DNA from: a virus
Reading direction: 5' to 3' (one strand)
Length of the DNA: 64,000 nucleotides
Virus record (IMG/VR): IMGVR_UViG_3300028284_000004
Coordinates: 3,304-67,303 of that record
Shown: positions 45,475-57,100 of the stretch, piece by piece
Layout: the number at the start of each line of letters is the position of its first letter
How positions within the stretch are numbered: the first letter of the stretch is position 1
The notes under the pieces: model-generated
The model's input: only the letters and a program-made list of their open reading frames with translations
Told to the model about the DNA's origin: nothing
Databases searched by the model: none
Position numbers and translations under genes: made by a program

Positions 45475-46284
45475 ATGTCATTCTTTTCGCAATTCCCTAA
45501 AATTGAATATGATTATACCGGCCAAGGGTCATATCTTAAAGTAGCAGACTTATTTAGAAGTGCTCGACCACAAGGCAGCTTTATCGATAATCCAGCATTG
45601 TACAAAAAGTATAGTGTGTTAAATGGTGATCGACCTGACGTCGTATCATACAAGCTATATGGCACAAGCCAATACTATTGGACATTCTTTGTTATCAACG
45701 ATTTTCTTCATGACGGAATCGCCGCTTGGCCGATGAGTCAAGAAGATCTAAGCGAGTACCTTGCAAATAATTATTCAGGTCAAGTAATTGAAACACGACC
45801 AACTGTAGTCCGTAATTCTGATGGACTTGTTTCAGATTATCGCGATTCTCTTTCAGGTAGATTTAATATTGGTGAAACTCTTAATGCATCTACATCATCA
45901 GCATCTGGTACTCTAGTACGTAAGGATGCAGATTTATCTCAATTAGTAATTAGAGATATTACTGGTGGAACATTCAAAGGTGATTATCTTTCACAGGTTA
46001 CTGAATTTATTACTGGTGCTACTTCAGGCGACCAGGTTGGTTCGTATCAGGTATATGATTACGCAGAAGCTCCTGCTTGGTGGTACAAAATTGGTGATAA
46101 GACTCAAGCACCGGTGACGATTGATACAGTTATCCCTGATGGTGAGCCTAGACATACATGTGAGTATGTGTCAAACCGACAATCTATTGTTGACGAAAAC
46201 GATAGAAAATCTCAGATTAGAGTGTTAGATCCAAAGTACGTAGAACAATTTGCTGAAGAATTCGAGGCAGTGATTAATGGCTAA
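45475..46284 (+). CDS. 53: baseplate wedge subunit gp53
   Basis: FFSQFPKI.Y, GDRPD.VSYKLYG...YYW, WP. Confidence 0.88.
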   Translation: MSFFSQFPKIEYDYTGQGSYLKVADLFRSARPQGSFIDNPALYKKYSVLNGDRPDVVSYKLYGTSQYYWTFFVINDFLHDGIAAWPMSQEDLSEYLANNYSGQVIETRPTVVRNSDGLVSDYRDSLSGRFNIGETLNASTSSASGTLVRKDADLSQLVIRDITGGTFKGDYLSQVTEFITGATSGDQVGSYQVYDYAEAPAWWYKIGDKTQAPVTIDTVIPDGEPRHTCEYVSNRQSIVDENDRKSQIRVLDPKYVEQFAEEFEAVING

Positions 46285-47572
46285 TCTAAGCTCATCTAGA
46301 CTTAATGCTGCAGGTGAACCAGTATCACCGGCATCTTATGAATTATATTCTGTAAAGTTATATACTAACTACGAAACGGATTATGAAATAAGAGGCATTG
46401 TTACAGATATTGTAGTAAATGAATCTATTTTTAATACTTCGATTCAAACCGAATTGACATTAGTTGATGGTATTAACTTTTTAGAAAAGGCTAAATTGAC
46501 TGGTAGTGAAAAGATAGAAATTCTAATCAAACGTAACGATGAAAAATATAACATTGAATGCTATATAGCAAATATCGAAAGTTATAGTAAATCAAGACCT
46601 GGAGTTCAAGTTTATAAATTTAAATGTGTAAGTAGACATGCATATTATAATACGTTTATGAGATTAAATAGAGCATTCAAAGGTGGGATTGGCGCACTCG
46701 TAAAAAACGTCTGTGAAAAGGATTTAGATGCAAAAGTTGCTAAATTAAACACAGATACAAAGGGGATTATCCATGGGATATATCCTCATCTTAAACCCTT
46801 GGATGCAATTGTTTGGTTACTTAGAAATAGTACAGATAACTCAACTCCATTTTATTTTTATGAAACATTAAAAGATGGATTAATTTTTGATTCGTATGAA
46901 TCAATGGTAGACTCAGAGGTATATCGTAAATATAAACATAAACCTTTTATGGATGATATTGTAAGTACTGAAGAAAATTATGCAGAAGCTCAAACAAAGA
47001 TTATTAAATTATCTTCTGAGTTTGATGTAGGTAAATACTTTGCTATCCATGATGGCGCGTATGCTTCTTCAGTTAAGACAGTTGATGTTGCAACTAAGTC
47101 GTACAAAACATCTAAGTTTAATTATAAAAAGATTAAAACCTTAAACGATAACAAACCATTTTCTGATAATATAAAGTTTAACGATACAACATTAAATGGT
47201 TTAACTGAGTCAAAGATTCATCATATTTCTTTAAACTCAAAGGCGTATGGCAAACTAACTAATTACCATACACCTATTGCTGATTCTATTTCAAGCAAGC
47301 AGGCATATCATGTTAACCTAGGTTACATGGGTCAAGACTTACAAGTGTATGGAGACTTTGATCTTTCGGTTGGTATGGTTGTTGAATTAGAAATTTATAA
47401 ATCGAGTGATGAAAAGATACTAGAAGAAGATCGCAAAAACATGATTGATAAAATGACTTCTGGTAAATATTTAATTACTGATATTGCACACATATTTAAT
47501 GGTGAAGAATACATTATCGACATGGGTCTTCAAAAAGATTCGAGTGCAACTGACTTAACGGAAATATTATAA
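46277..47572 (+). CDS. baseplate hub protein (gp27-like)
   Basis: ESIF, FYFYET..G..F, SGKYLIT.I.H; lies between genes 53 and 5. Confidence 0.65.
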   Translation: MANLSSSRLNAAGEPVSPASYELYSVKLYTNYETDYEIRGIVTDIVVNESIFNTSIQTELTLVDGINFLEKAKLTGSEKIEILIKRNDEKYNIECYIANIESYSKSRPGVQVYKFKCVSRHAYYNTFMRLNRAFKGGIGALVKNVCEKDLDAKVAKLNTDTKGIIHGIYPHLKPLDAIVWLLRNSTDNSTPFYFYETLKDGLIFDSYESMVDSEVYRKYKHKPFMDDIVSTEENYAEAQTKIIKLSSEFDVGKYFAIHDGAYASSVKTVDVATKSYKTSKFNYKKIKTLNDNKPFSDNIKFNDTTLNGLTESKIHHISLNSKAYGKLTNYHTPIADSISSKQAYHVNLGYMGQDLQVYGDFDLSVGMVVELEIYKSSDEKILEEDRKNMIDKMTSGKYLITDIAHIFNGEEYIIDMGLQKDSSATDLTEIL

Positions 47573-48525
47573 TGAATAGAATTGATGATCAATTTTTAGG
47601 TGGCCAGTTTTCATGGTTCACTGGAGTAGTTGAGGATATTAACGATCCTGAGCAATTAAATAGAGCACGTGTAAGATGCTTCGGATACCATACCGAGGAC
47701 TTAGGTAAAATCAAGACGACTGATTTACCTTGGGCTACGGTAATGATGCCAACAACTTCTGGAAGTATTTCAGGTATTGGTATAAACCATGGATTAAAAC
47801 CTGGCTCATGGGTTATCGGATTCTTTAGAGATGGACCATCAGCACAAGATCCTGTTGTTATGGGTTCTATTGCTTCTATGTATGATAAACTCCCTACGGA
47901 AACAAAGGGTTTTAGAGATCCAGCCGGGTATTATCCGTATAAACAACAAGATAGTACATATAACGATACGAACTTTAGAGCAAGAGGAATCGCAGAAGAT
48001 CCTGCTAGAACTCCTGATGCTATAATTGCTGAACCTGAATCTCCCTATGCTGCAGTATATCCAAATAATCAAGTGATTGAAACTGAAGGAGGTCATGTCA
48101 TTGAATTAGACGATACTCCGGAGGCTGAACGTATTCGCATTAAGCATAGTAGTGGTACTTTTGTTGAGATGCATCCGAATGGTGATATTGTTACTGCGCA
48201 TGCAAATGGTTGGAGAGTCGTAACTGGCAATGATGCACTTCATGTTACTGGCAATATGACAGTTTTTGTTGATGGTGATGCTGAAGTGAATGTCGGTGGT
48301 AATTCTGTGACTAATATTACTGGCACTGCTGATATAACTGTTGGTAAAAATACTACTGTTAATTGTCCTACCACTAATTGGACCGGGAACATTAACCTAG
48401 CTGGTAATATTAATATCACCGGAACAAGTACTGCATCAGTCGATCATGTTTCTGCTGGTATTTCCGGTAAGAATCACGTCCATACCGAGCAAGGTGATGG
48501 GGCAGATGTTAGCAAACCAAAATAA
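47572..48525 (+). CDS. 5: baseplate central spike gp5 (no lysozyme domain)
   Basis: WF.GVVED..DP..RVR..G.H OB fold, YP.N.V..T..GH..E.DDTP..ERI, V.G beta-helix repeats, C-terminal HVH. Confidence 0.88.
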   Translation: MNRIDDQFLGGQFSWFTGVVEDINDPEQLNRARVRCFGYHTEDLGKIKTTDLPWATVMMPTTSGSISGIGINHGLKPGSWVIGFFRDGPSAQDPVVMGSIASMYDKLPTETKGFRDPAGYYPYKQQDSTYNDTNFRARGIAEDPARTPDAIIAEPESPYAAVYPNNQVIETEGGHVIELDDTPEAERIRIKHSSGTFVEMHPNGDIVTAHANGWRVVTGNDALHVTGNMTVFVDGDAEVNVGGNSVTNITGTADITVGKNTTVNCPTTNWTGNINLAGNINITGTSTASVDHVSAGISGKNHVHTEQGDGADVSKPK

Positions 48526-48545
48526 CCAAAGTGTGATTAAAGAGG

Positions 48546-48553
48546 TATAAATA
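48546..48553 (+). promoter_or_regulatory. T4-type late promoter
   Basis: TATAAATA just upstream of gene 25. Confidence 0.7.
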
Positions 48554-48558
48554 TAAGT

Positions 48559-48999
48559 ATGGCAACTAATATATTCAATAGTTCAAGTAAAACCGGTAAT
48601 GTGTCTGTCACAAGTAGACGCAAGGGCTATACTGACTTAGATTTATCTCTGCAACTACATCCAATTCGGCTGGATATTATTCCGTTGAAAGACGATGCCG
48701 CAGTAAGAAATGCAGTAAAGAATTTAATTTTAACTAATACATATGAGAGACCTTTTCACCCTGAATTAGGTGGTAATCTTAGAGGTCTTTTATTCGAACC
48801 GGCTGATGTAATTACTCGAATTGCAATCAAAGATTCTATTGAGTCTATATTGGCAGATCACGAACCACGAATTAATAAAGTAAAAGTATTCGTAGAAAAC
48901 TTTGACGAGAAAAACGCATTTAGAATTACGGTAAGCTTTAATATCAAACAAGACGATTCTCAAACCGAAGTTGAAATCTTACTTCGTAGACTTAGGTAA
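48559..48999 (+). CDS. 25: baseplate wedge subunit gp25
   Basis: Y.DLDL..HP, AV..AVKNL..T...ERPF.P..G..LFE, EPRI. Confidence 0.92.
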   Translation: MATNIFNSSSKTGNVSVTSRRKGYTDLDLSLQLHPIRLDIIPLKDDAAVRNAVKNLILTNTYERPFHPELGGNLRGLLFEPADVITRIAIKDSIESILADHEPRINKVKVFVENFDEKNAFRITVSFNIKQDDSQTEVEILLRRLR

Positions 49000-49004
49000 T
49001 AAAC

Positions 49005-50870
49005 ATGGCAGCAAATAATTTAAACGTAACTGAATTAGATTTTGATCAAATTAAACAGAATCTAAAAAACTATCTTAAGACTCAAGCTGAGTTTAACGAT
49101 TATGATTTTAACGGATCGGGTCTTAGTGTCCTACTAGATGTGTTATCATATAACACTCATTATAATGCTATGGTTGCCCACTTTGCTTTGAATGAAGCAT
49201 TCTTAGATTCGGCACAGATTAGAGGTAATGTTGTTACCCGTGCTAAGTTGCTGGGTTATACTCCTAGATCTATCTTGGCTCCGAGGGCAACGGTTACTAT
49301 TACAGTAGATGTTTCTGATGAAGTCGGAACGATCCCTGGTAATTTGACAGTATCACGCGGTACCAAACTAACTACAAATGTTGATGGTCAAGAATATACC
49401 TATACCGTATTAGAAGCTATGACTGCAGCATATGACGCATTATTGCAGAATTTTGTATTCCCTAACGTTTTTATTGCACAAGGGATTTATAAGACCGTTC
49501 AATACAGAGTTGATAACGATATTGAGAACCAGAAATTCCAACTACTAGATCAAACTGCTGACACTTCAACCGCTCGTGTGCGTGTACGTCAGAATCAAGA
49601 ATCAAGTAGATACGACATCTATACTCGTTTTGACACAATTCAGAATATTAAATCAGATAGCCAAGTTTATCACCTCCAAGAAAACTCTGCTGGATACTAT
49701 GAAGTATATTTCGGCGATGGTATTATTGGTAAAAAACCAATTGACAATAATGTAATTAATATCGATTATGTTGTGACTGATGGTACTGAATCTAATGGTG
49801 CAAACGTATTTACGGTTGTAAATAATATTGGTGGCTTTGCTGCTATCAGTGTTGCAACAAATACAGCAGCATCTGGTGGTGCGATCAGAGAAACCTCTGA
49901 ATCAATTCGCTTTAATGCTCCATTGACCTTTATTGCTCAGAACCGAGCTGTTACTTCAGATGATTATAGAGCAATTATCCAAAAGAACTTTGCCAATATC
50001 GAATCTATTTCGACTTGGGGTGGTGAAGATAATGATCCACCGGATTATGGTACAGTGTATCTTTCAATCAAGCCATTGGTTGGAACATCTATTACTCAAG
50101 AAGAGAAAACAGAAATTACTTTAAATATCCTGAAAGGTAAGAACGTAGTATCCATTCTTCCTAAGATCGTTGATCCAGACTTTACGAGTCTTGAGCTTGA
50201 TGTATTTTTTAAATACAATCCTAACCTTACTGATCGAACTAAGGTTGAGATTGAATCATTAGTCCGAGATACTATTGCTGATTATAACTATAATAACCTT
50301 AATAAGTTTGATGGTGTATTTAGACACTCTGCATTGTTACGAGCAATCGATAACGCTGATTCTTCGGTTACAAGTTCTACTGTTCGTCCTTACATGTTTA
50401 AGAACATATCGGCAGGAACTACTGTGGGCGTAAATAACTTCGAATTGAATTATGCCGGAACATTCCTCGCAAATGATTCTACGACAGCTTATAGTATTAC
50501 GAGTTCTGCATTTAAGATTCCTGGTTCTACTGAAGATCATTTCTTTGGTGACCTACCTATTGCTGGTGAATCAAATAGAAAAGTTATTGTATATAAAGTT
50601 GTTAACGGTATTAAAATTATTGTATTAAACGATTGTGGTACGGTGTATATTAATACTGGTAAAATCGTATTGAACTCATTCGCTTGTACTACAGCTACTA
50701 CGATTCGAATCATGATTACGCCTGACTCATTGGATATCGCACCTAAGCGTAATCAGCTGATCAATATTGATTCTACTCGTTTGAATGTTACCGCTTCTGT
50801 AGATAGAATTGCTCTATCCGGATCTACCGGTACTATATCCTATACTACAACTTCTAGAATGAGATCATAA
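49005..50870 (+). CDS. 6: baseplate wedge subunit gp6
   Basis: LDFDQIK..L, DYDF.GS.L..LLDVL.YNTHY, FGDG, QNRAVT..DY, WGGEDN.PP.YG. Confidence 0.94.
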   Translation: MAANNLNVTELDFDQIKQNLKNYLKTQAEFNDYDFNGSGLSVLLDVLSYNTHYNAMVAHFALNEAFLDSAQIRGNVVTRAKLLGYTPRSILAPRATVTITVDVSDEVGTIPGNLTVSRGTKLTTNVDGQEYTYTVLEAMTAAYDALLQNFVFPNVFIAQGIYKTVQYRVDNDIENQKFQLLDQTADTSTARVRVRQNQESSRYDIYTRFDTIQNIKSDSQVYHLQENSAGYYEVYFGDGIIGKKPIDNNVINIDYVVTDGTESNGANVFTVVNNIGGFAAISVATNTAASGGAIRETSESIRFNAPLTFIAQNRAVTSDDYRAIIQKNFANIESISTWGGEDNDPPDYGTVYLSIKPLVGTSITQEEKTEITLNILKGKNVVSILPKIVDPDFTSLELDVFFKYNPNLTDRTKVEIESLVRDTIADYNYNNLNKFDGVFRHSALLRAIDNADSSVTSSTVRPYMFKNISAGTTVGVNNFELNYAGTFLANDSTTAYSITSSAFKIPGSTEDHFFGDLPIAGESNRKVIVYKVVNGIKIIVLNDCGTVYINTGKIVLNSFACTTATTIRIMITPDSLDIAPKRNQLINIDSTRLNVTASVDRIALSGSTGTISYTTTSRMRS

Positions 50871-50873
50871 GAT

Positions 50874-52763
50874 ATGAGAAATTTGGAATCATTTTCTAAA
50901 GGATATGTAGAGTCTATTGGCTCTACTAAGCGCCGCTCGAAAGAAGACATTAGGGTAGATCAACTCATCCCTTCAGAGATTCTTGCCGATACTGAGGATG
51001 GTGGATCCAAGCAGCGTGGTATTAAGCAACTACTCGATGCTTATTATAGATTTAATAATATGGATGAATTCATCTATACCGATACCGATACCTTAGAAGA
51101 TATCGTTATTAACGGTGTTGCAACGTTTAGAATTTCAGATCCAGATAATACTAATGATGAGTTTTTTACTGACGATCAATTTTCAGAATCAACATTGAAA
51201 GATGCAGATGGCAATAACATTTCTATTAGTTCTAGCAACGTTTTTATCTCTAATGGCAATAATCTACCTGGGTCGTTAGCCGAGGCTACTTCTCCAATCG
51301 GAAAGACTATTCGTATATCTGGATTGGCGGCATATAATAATTTAAAGGTAACACTTACTACTCCAATTAAATACTGGGTTGGTCCAGGACCTTCGTATAT
51401 TTTAAATAGTATTGAAGATGCTATGAATATCGATCATGCGTCAGAGGATTACTTAGCAATGATTCAAAGGGAAATTGCTGCTGCAATTCCAAAGAATCTT
51501 ACTGTAAATAAAAGAACTCTATATAAGCGCATTGTAGATTATTATAAAATTAGAGGTTCAGCAGATTCTATTGAAACGTTCTTTAGACTTTTGTTTAATG
51601 ATACTGTTGAAGTTGAATATCCGTATGAGTCGACACTTATTCCATCCTCTGGTAACTGGGATGAATCGCAAGATCGTTATCTAGATCATAAAGGTTTTGT
51701 ATCAGATAATATTAAGATTCATGATTCATATTTTTATCAAAAGTTTTCGTATGTTATTAAGTCAGCTCATAATATTAGTGAGTGGAAAGACACATTTAGT
51801 AAACTAGTTCATCCATCTGGATTTATATTCTTTGGTGAAATTCTTATTATTACTGATCTGGTCCGTAAGGCTCTTGGCGATAGTATCAAAAATACTAATG
51901 GAGTATATCCAAGAACAGGTCGATTTACATTGTCGTCTATGCCAGGTGAACAACCAGGATTGATTGGCGCTGAAGATCTACCGGTACTTGTTGAAATGTT
52001 TGCATCAATGTTTATGCCTACATTTGCTGCTAAGATCGATAAGTCAGCGTACCTATCTACGACATCAACCGCTGGTGTAGTGACATCAATTGAAGTTGCG
52101 GACGGCGGATATGGTTATCAAACTGTACCAGCAATTACTATTGTTGATGCTACAGGCGGATCTGGTGCAGCAGCGACTGCAGTATTAGACGAACATGGTC
52201 AGATCGAATCAATAACGATTGATAACGGTGGTTCTGGTTATACTAACGCGTTTGCGACTGTTGCAGCTAATCCATTGGCTGGCCAGCTAGAAGAAGTTTA
52301 CTTACGAAATCTTGCAAATAAGATTTATAAGATAGCACCAATCATTACGTTTGATGCGCCAACATCTAAGGGCGAAGATGGATTACCATTAGCGACAAAT
52401 ATCACTGCAACAGCTGAAGTTATACTAGATAGTGAAGGTGAAATTACTGGTATAAATATAACAGAACCTGGATTTGGATATGTGCTCGATCCAAAAGTTA
52501 AGGTATCAAGTTCAACATCAAATGAGTACAGAGCCAAAGATATGAGGCCAGTATTAATATTGGCATTGAATCATTTGGACAACCTATCAAGGACTATCCC
52601 ATCAAATGGATACTTTGCTAGAAAAGGAACAGGAACCTTCGAATCCGAAAAACTATTCAATGGTGGGTATCCCATATATAAATTTAATGGGCAAACCATC
52701 GAAAGCATTAATGCAAACTCTATAAATAATAGTAATACAAGTTCATTTATTTATATAGAATAA
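50874..52763 (+). CDS. baseplate wedge initiator (gp7-like)
   Basis: YY..RGS..S...FFRLLF, DSYFYQ.FSYVIKS, LVHP.GF..FGE; lies between genes 6 and 8. Confidence 0.75.
   Translation: MRNLESFSKGYVESIGSTKRRSKEDIRVDQLIPSEILADTEDGGSKQRGIKQLLDAYYRFNNMDEFIYTDTDTLEDIVINGVATFRISDPDNTNDEFFTDDQFSESTLKDADGNNISISSSNVFISNGNNLPGSLAEATSPIGKTIRISGLAAYNNLKVTLTTPIKYWVGPGPSYILNSIEDAMNIDHASEDYLAMIQREIAAAIPKNLTVNKRTLYKRIVDYYKIRGSADSIETFFRLLFNDTVEVEYPYESTLIPSSGNWDESQDRYLDHKGFVSDNIKIHDSYFYQKFSYVIKSAHNISEWKDTFSKLVHPSGFIFFGEILIITDLVRKALGDSIKNTNGVYPRTGRFTLSSMPGEQPGLIGAEDLPVLVEMFASMFMPTFAAKIDKSAYLSTTSTAGVVTSIEVADGGYGYQTVPAITIVDATGGSGAAATAVLDEHGQIESITIDNGGSGYTNAFATVAANPLAGQLEEVYLRNLANKIYKIAPIITFDAPTSKGEDGLPLATNITATAEVILDSEGEITGINITEPGFGYVLDPKVKVSSSTSNEYRAKDMRPVLILALNHLDNLSRTIPSNGYFARKGTGTFESEKLFNGGYPIYKFNGQTIESINANSINNSNTSSFIYIE
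52721..52728 (+). promoter_or_regulatory. T4-type late promoter
   Basis: TATAAATA upstream of gene 8. Confidence 0.6.
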
Positions 52764-52784
52764 CTTTATAACAGGGCAAAAATT

Positions 52785-54149
52785 ATGGCAGCAATTATTT
52801 CAACTCAATTTAGAGTCTTGAATGCATTTAACTTCAAAGAAGAAGTTGGGCAATCGGGAGTCTCACTGTATCTTGGTATCGGCAAACCAGATGCATGGTC
52901 AAATTCACTTAGTGATCTCACAGACACTATCCCATTTGTACCTTATGACAATTTCGATCACGCGAACGAAGCTAAGCAAAATCTTATTGGTCTCAAAAAG
53001 ATCACCACCGCTGATGTTTCTCACGTAATCCCACGATATAATTGGGCATTAGGCAGTACATATACTCCTTGGGATTCTGATGATTCTGATATCTATGACA
53101 AATCTTTCTATATTATCACTGACGAATTTAAAGTCTATAAGTGTATTGTTGCAGGAACATCTGGTTCAACAATTAAACCAACTCAAACTCAAATATCTCC
53201 TTTGGCCGAAGCTGATGGTTATACTTGGAAGTATATGTACACTTTGGCTGTTGCTGATGCTGAAAAATTCTTAACAACTTCTTACGTTCCAGTAAAGTCC
53301 GTATCTGAAGACTTTGTTGATGATGCTGCCGCCGAAGCTGCATTGTCCGAAGCAGATTACGCACAATATCTGAACCAAAAAGCTTCTCGAGCTTCTGCCG
53401 CCGCTGCCGGCATTGAAAGAATTGAGATCGTAGATGGTTCAACTGGTTACAGTTCTGCTCCTACTATTACTATTACCGGTGACGGTACTGGTGCTACTGC
53501 AACTTGTACTATTTCAGGTGGTGTAGTAAATAACATTACTGTTACAAATAAAGGAACTGGATATACTGTAGCTCATATCGCTTTCTCAAGCGGTGACGCA
53601 TCTGCCCGATGTGTTATTGCTCCGAAGGGCGGTCATGGTACAGATCCTCGTGGTGAGCTTGGAGCATTCTTTGTCGGTATTAATACTACACTTGACGGTC
53701 TTGAAGGTCAAGATATTACTGTTGATAATGACTTTAGGCAAGTTACACTTATTAAAAATCCTACCTTAGGCGGATCACTTATTACTTCTGCAACGATTAA
53801 TCCATTGAAGTATCTTGATATTACTTCAGCTGGTATTACTGGTACAATCAATGTTGATGAAGTTATTGTTGGTGGAACATCTAATGCGAAAGCTTTGATT
53901 GCTAATGTTGATACTTCGCTTGGTAGAATCTATTATACACAAAATAGTAAAACTGGTTATACAGCTTTCCAAGGATCGGAAGCCGTAACGTCTTCTATTA
54001 ACGGTGGATCAGCAGTGCTTGAAGCTACTCCTTCTGTGAATGGCGAAATGGATTTGACTAGTGGTGAACTTCTATTCTTAGAAAATAGAGAATCAATTAA
54101 CCGCAGTCTTTCGCAGATTGAAGATCTTAAAATGATTGTTGAATTCTAA
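52785..54149 (+). CDS. 8: baseplate wedge subunit gp8
   Basis: AIIS.QFR, VYKC, DGYTWKYMY, GGHG.D..EL, ENR..I.R...Q.ED.K...EF. Confidence 0.9.
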   Translation: MAAIISTQFRVLNAFNFKEEVGQSGVSLYLGIGKPDAWSNSLSDLTDTIPFVPYDNFDHANEAKQNLIGLKKITTADVSHVIPRYNWALGSTYTPWDSDDSDIYDKSFYIITDEFKVYKCIVAGTSGSTIKPTQTQISPLAEADGYTWKYMYTLAVADAEKFLTTSYVPVKSVSEDFVDDAAAEAALSEADYAQYLNQKASRASAAAAGIERIEIVDGSTGYSSAPTITITGDGTGATATCTISGGVVNNITVTNKGTGYTVAHIAFSSGDASARCVIAPKGGHGTDPRGELGAFFVGINTTLDGLEGQDITVDNDFRQVTLIKNPTLGGSLITSATINPLKYLDITSAGITGTINVDEVIVGGTSNAKALIANVDTSLGRIYYTQNSKTGYTAFQGSEAVTSSINGGSAVLEATPSVNGEMDLTSGELLFLENRESINRSLSQIEDLKMIVEF

Positions 54150-54156
54150 AATTGGT

Positions 54157-54164
54157 TATAAATA
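54157..54164 (+). promoter_or_regulatory. T4-type late promoter
   Basis: Intergenic TATAAATA. Confidence 0.75.
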
Positions 54165-54197
54165 CAATTATAACATTGGAGACACAAGAGAGATAAA

Positions 54198-57100
54198 ATG
54201 ACTATATCCAAAGTAAAAAAATATAATGTTGCACCATATTATGATGACTTCGATGAAACTAAAAATTATCTTCGGATTCAGTTTCGCCCTGGTGTCTCTG
54301 TACAAGCCCGTGAGCTTACGCAAATGCAAACTGCGTTACAAGCTCAAATCGATAAGCTTGGACAATATAACTTCCAAGACGGTTCTAGAGCAGTTGGCGG
54401 TAAAGTTACCTTAGATATTAATTATGCATATATTAAATTAGAAGATACAGTTTCTGCATATGCTAGTGAATTCCTCGGTACAACTATTACTGGTGCTACT
54501 AATGGAGTGCAGGCTGAAGTATTAAAAGTAGTTGCTGCTACTGCCTCTGATCCAGCTACATTATATGTAAAATATATTAGCACCGGTACAGATAATGCAA
54601 CTAAGATTTTTGTTGCAGGTGAAACTATTACTTCTGATGCTGATATTGTTCGAACAGGAACAATCGGTGGTGGAGTATCTTCTACTATCCTAAATCCTAT
54701 CGGTGAAGGTTCAGCTATTCACGTTGAAGAAGGTGTATACTTTATCTCTGGCAACTTCGTATACGTTCCGGCAGAAACCCTTATTCTAGACAAATATATA
54801 AACACTCCAAGTTACATTGTTGGATTTAGTATTACTGAATCTATTGTGACTTCTGCTACTGATGTTTCATTGGTAGATAACGCATTGGGAACTCCTAACG
54901 AGTCAGCCCCGGGTGCACATCGTTATTCAATCTCTACAACTTTAATTAAAGAACCACTATCTCTTGCATCTAGAACTGTTGATAATTACATTCTTCTTAT
55001 GACAATTGAGAATGGTGTTATTCGTAAGCTTGATACTGACAAATTAGATACTGAACTTACTGCTAGACTTGCTCGTCGAACTTTAGAAGAATCTGGAAAT
55101 TATGCTTTAGGTCCATTCATCCTTGATATCAAAGAACACCTCAATGATGAAGCTGGTAATAACGGTTACCTTACTGCAGCTCAAGGTGGTAATGCCACTA
55201 AGATCGCGATCGGTATTGATCCAGAAATTGCTTATGTTGAAGGTTATAGAGTACAAAAAATCTCTACTGAACATGTTGAATTAGACAAGCCTCGATCTAC
55301 TTCTGATAAGAAACAAGTCACCGGTGTATCAACTTCTACTGGTTTTGGTAACTATGTCAAATTGACATTAGCTTCAACTATTGGTATTCCAGACGTTAAT
55401 GACTTCACTTCACTTGAACTTAAAAATACTGGTGGTACTGTAATTGGTACTGCACGTGCACGTGGGTTTGAGTATGATAGTTTTGCTCCTGCACACTTTA
55501 GATTATACCTGTTTGATATTTCAATGAATGTTGGTCAAGTATTTGCATCTGTTGCAAAAGCTGCTCAAACTGCAACTGGATTCTCGGCTGATCTATTGAA
55601 TGTTGGCACTAGGTTCGATGCTGGTAATAACCAATTGGTTTATAAACTACCTGCCGAAGCTATTGAAACTCTTACCAATGGTAACGATCATAGTGCTGAT
55701 TATGTCGTAAGAATTAAAAGAACTGGTTCTACTATTTCAAGTGGATCTTCGAACTTCACTATGCCTTCTGGTACTCAATTAAACGATGACGATGATATCG
55801 TATTATTCGCGTCGGGTACAACTATTAACATTGCTGATAGCCAAGTGTCTGGTGTTGGTACAAGTACAGTAACGATTACTGGTCTTGGTACTTATAACGG
55901 TGATACTCCTGTCGCAGTATTTAATATTAAGAAAACAAATGTTTTACCTAGAAGTAAAACCTTACGTTCTGCCGTAACTTCTACGATTTCATATTCTCCA
56001 GGAACTAATACATATAACCTTGGTAGATACGATATCCTAAATGTTACTTCTATTGTTGATTCGAATGGTACTGATGTAACCTCAAACTTTATTGTTGATA
56101 ACGGGCAACGAACTAGTTACTATGAAAATGGTAGTGTTACTCTCATCGGTGGTGCTACTCTTCCTACTGGTAACTTTGTAGTAACTTTCGACCACTTTGA
56201 ACATAACCAAGGTGACTACTTCTCTGTCGATTCATATCCGGATTACGATAACATTCCTACTTTTAGTACTCCTGAGGGAACAGTGGAACTTCGTGATTGT
56301 ATTGACTTTAGACCTACTAAGGCTGAAGCTGGCGCAACCACTGGATCTGAATTTAGTAGTGGTGATAATGCTTCTCGTGGTGATATGATTCAACCTGTTG
56401 GATTGGTATCTACTGATATTACTTTCTATATGCCACGAATTGATAAGATCTTCTTGTCAAAAGATGGTACGTATAAAGTAATTAAAGGTGCAGCTGCTAC
56501 AGTTCCTCAAGAACCAGAAAATATCTCAGAGGCTTTACACCTTTATACGATTAGAATTAATCCATATGTATTCGATGTTGGTGATATTATTCCGATCAAT
56601 GTTGATAACAAACGATATACTATGCGAGATATTGGTAAGCTAGATAAGAGAATTAAAACTCTTGAATACTATACTTCTTTATCTTTGCTCGAAAAATCTG
56701 CTCAAGATGCACAATTGTATGATGGTGCGGGTGCCCTAAGATTCAAAAATGGATTTGTTGTTGATGGATTCTATGGCCATAACGTTGGTGATGGATCGCA
56801 TCCAGATTATGGAGTATCAATCGATAAATCTGCTGGTATCCTAAGACCACAATTTGATGAGCGTGATGTTAACCTCATTCGTAAAGTTGGTGATACTGGT
56901 ACTGCGGTTAAATCTGCATCTGGCGGTATTATTACCTTACCATATACAACTGTAACTGAAATTGATCAACCATACTCTTCGTACGCTGAATTCGTCAATC
57001 CATACAATGTTGTTATCTGGGAAGGTATTGTACAACTCTCTCCTGAATCTGATAACTGGAAAGAAGTTGACCAAAGACCTGATATTATCATCGATGATAA

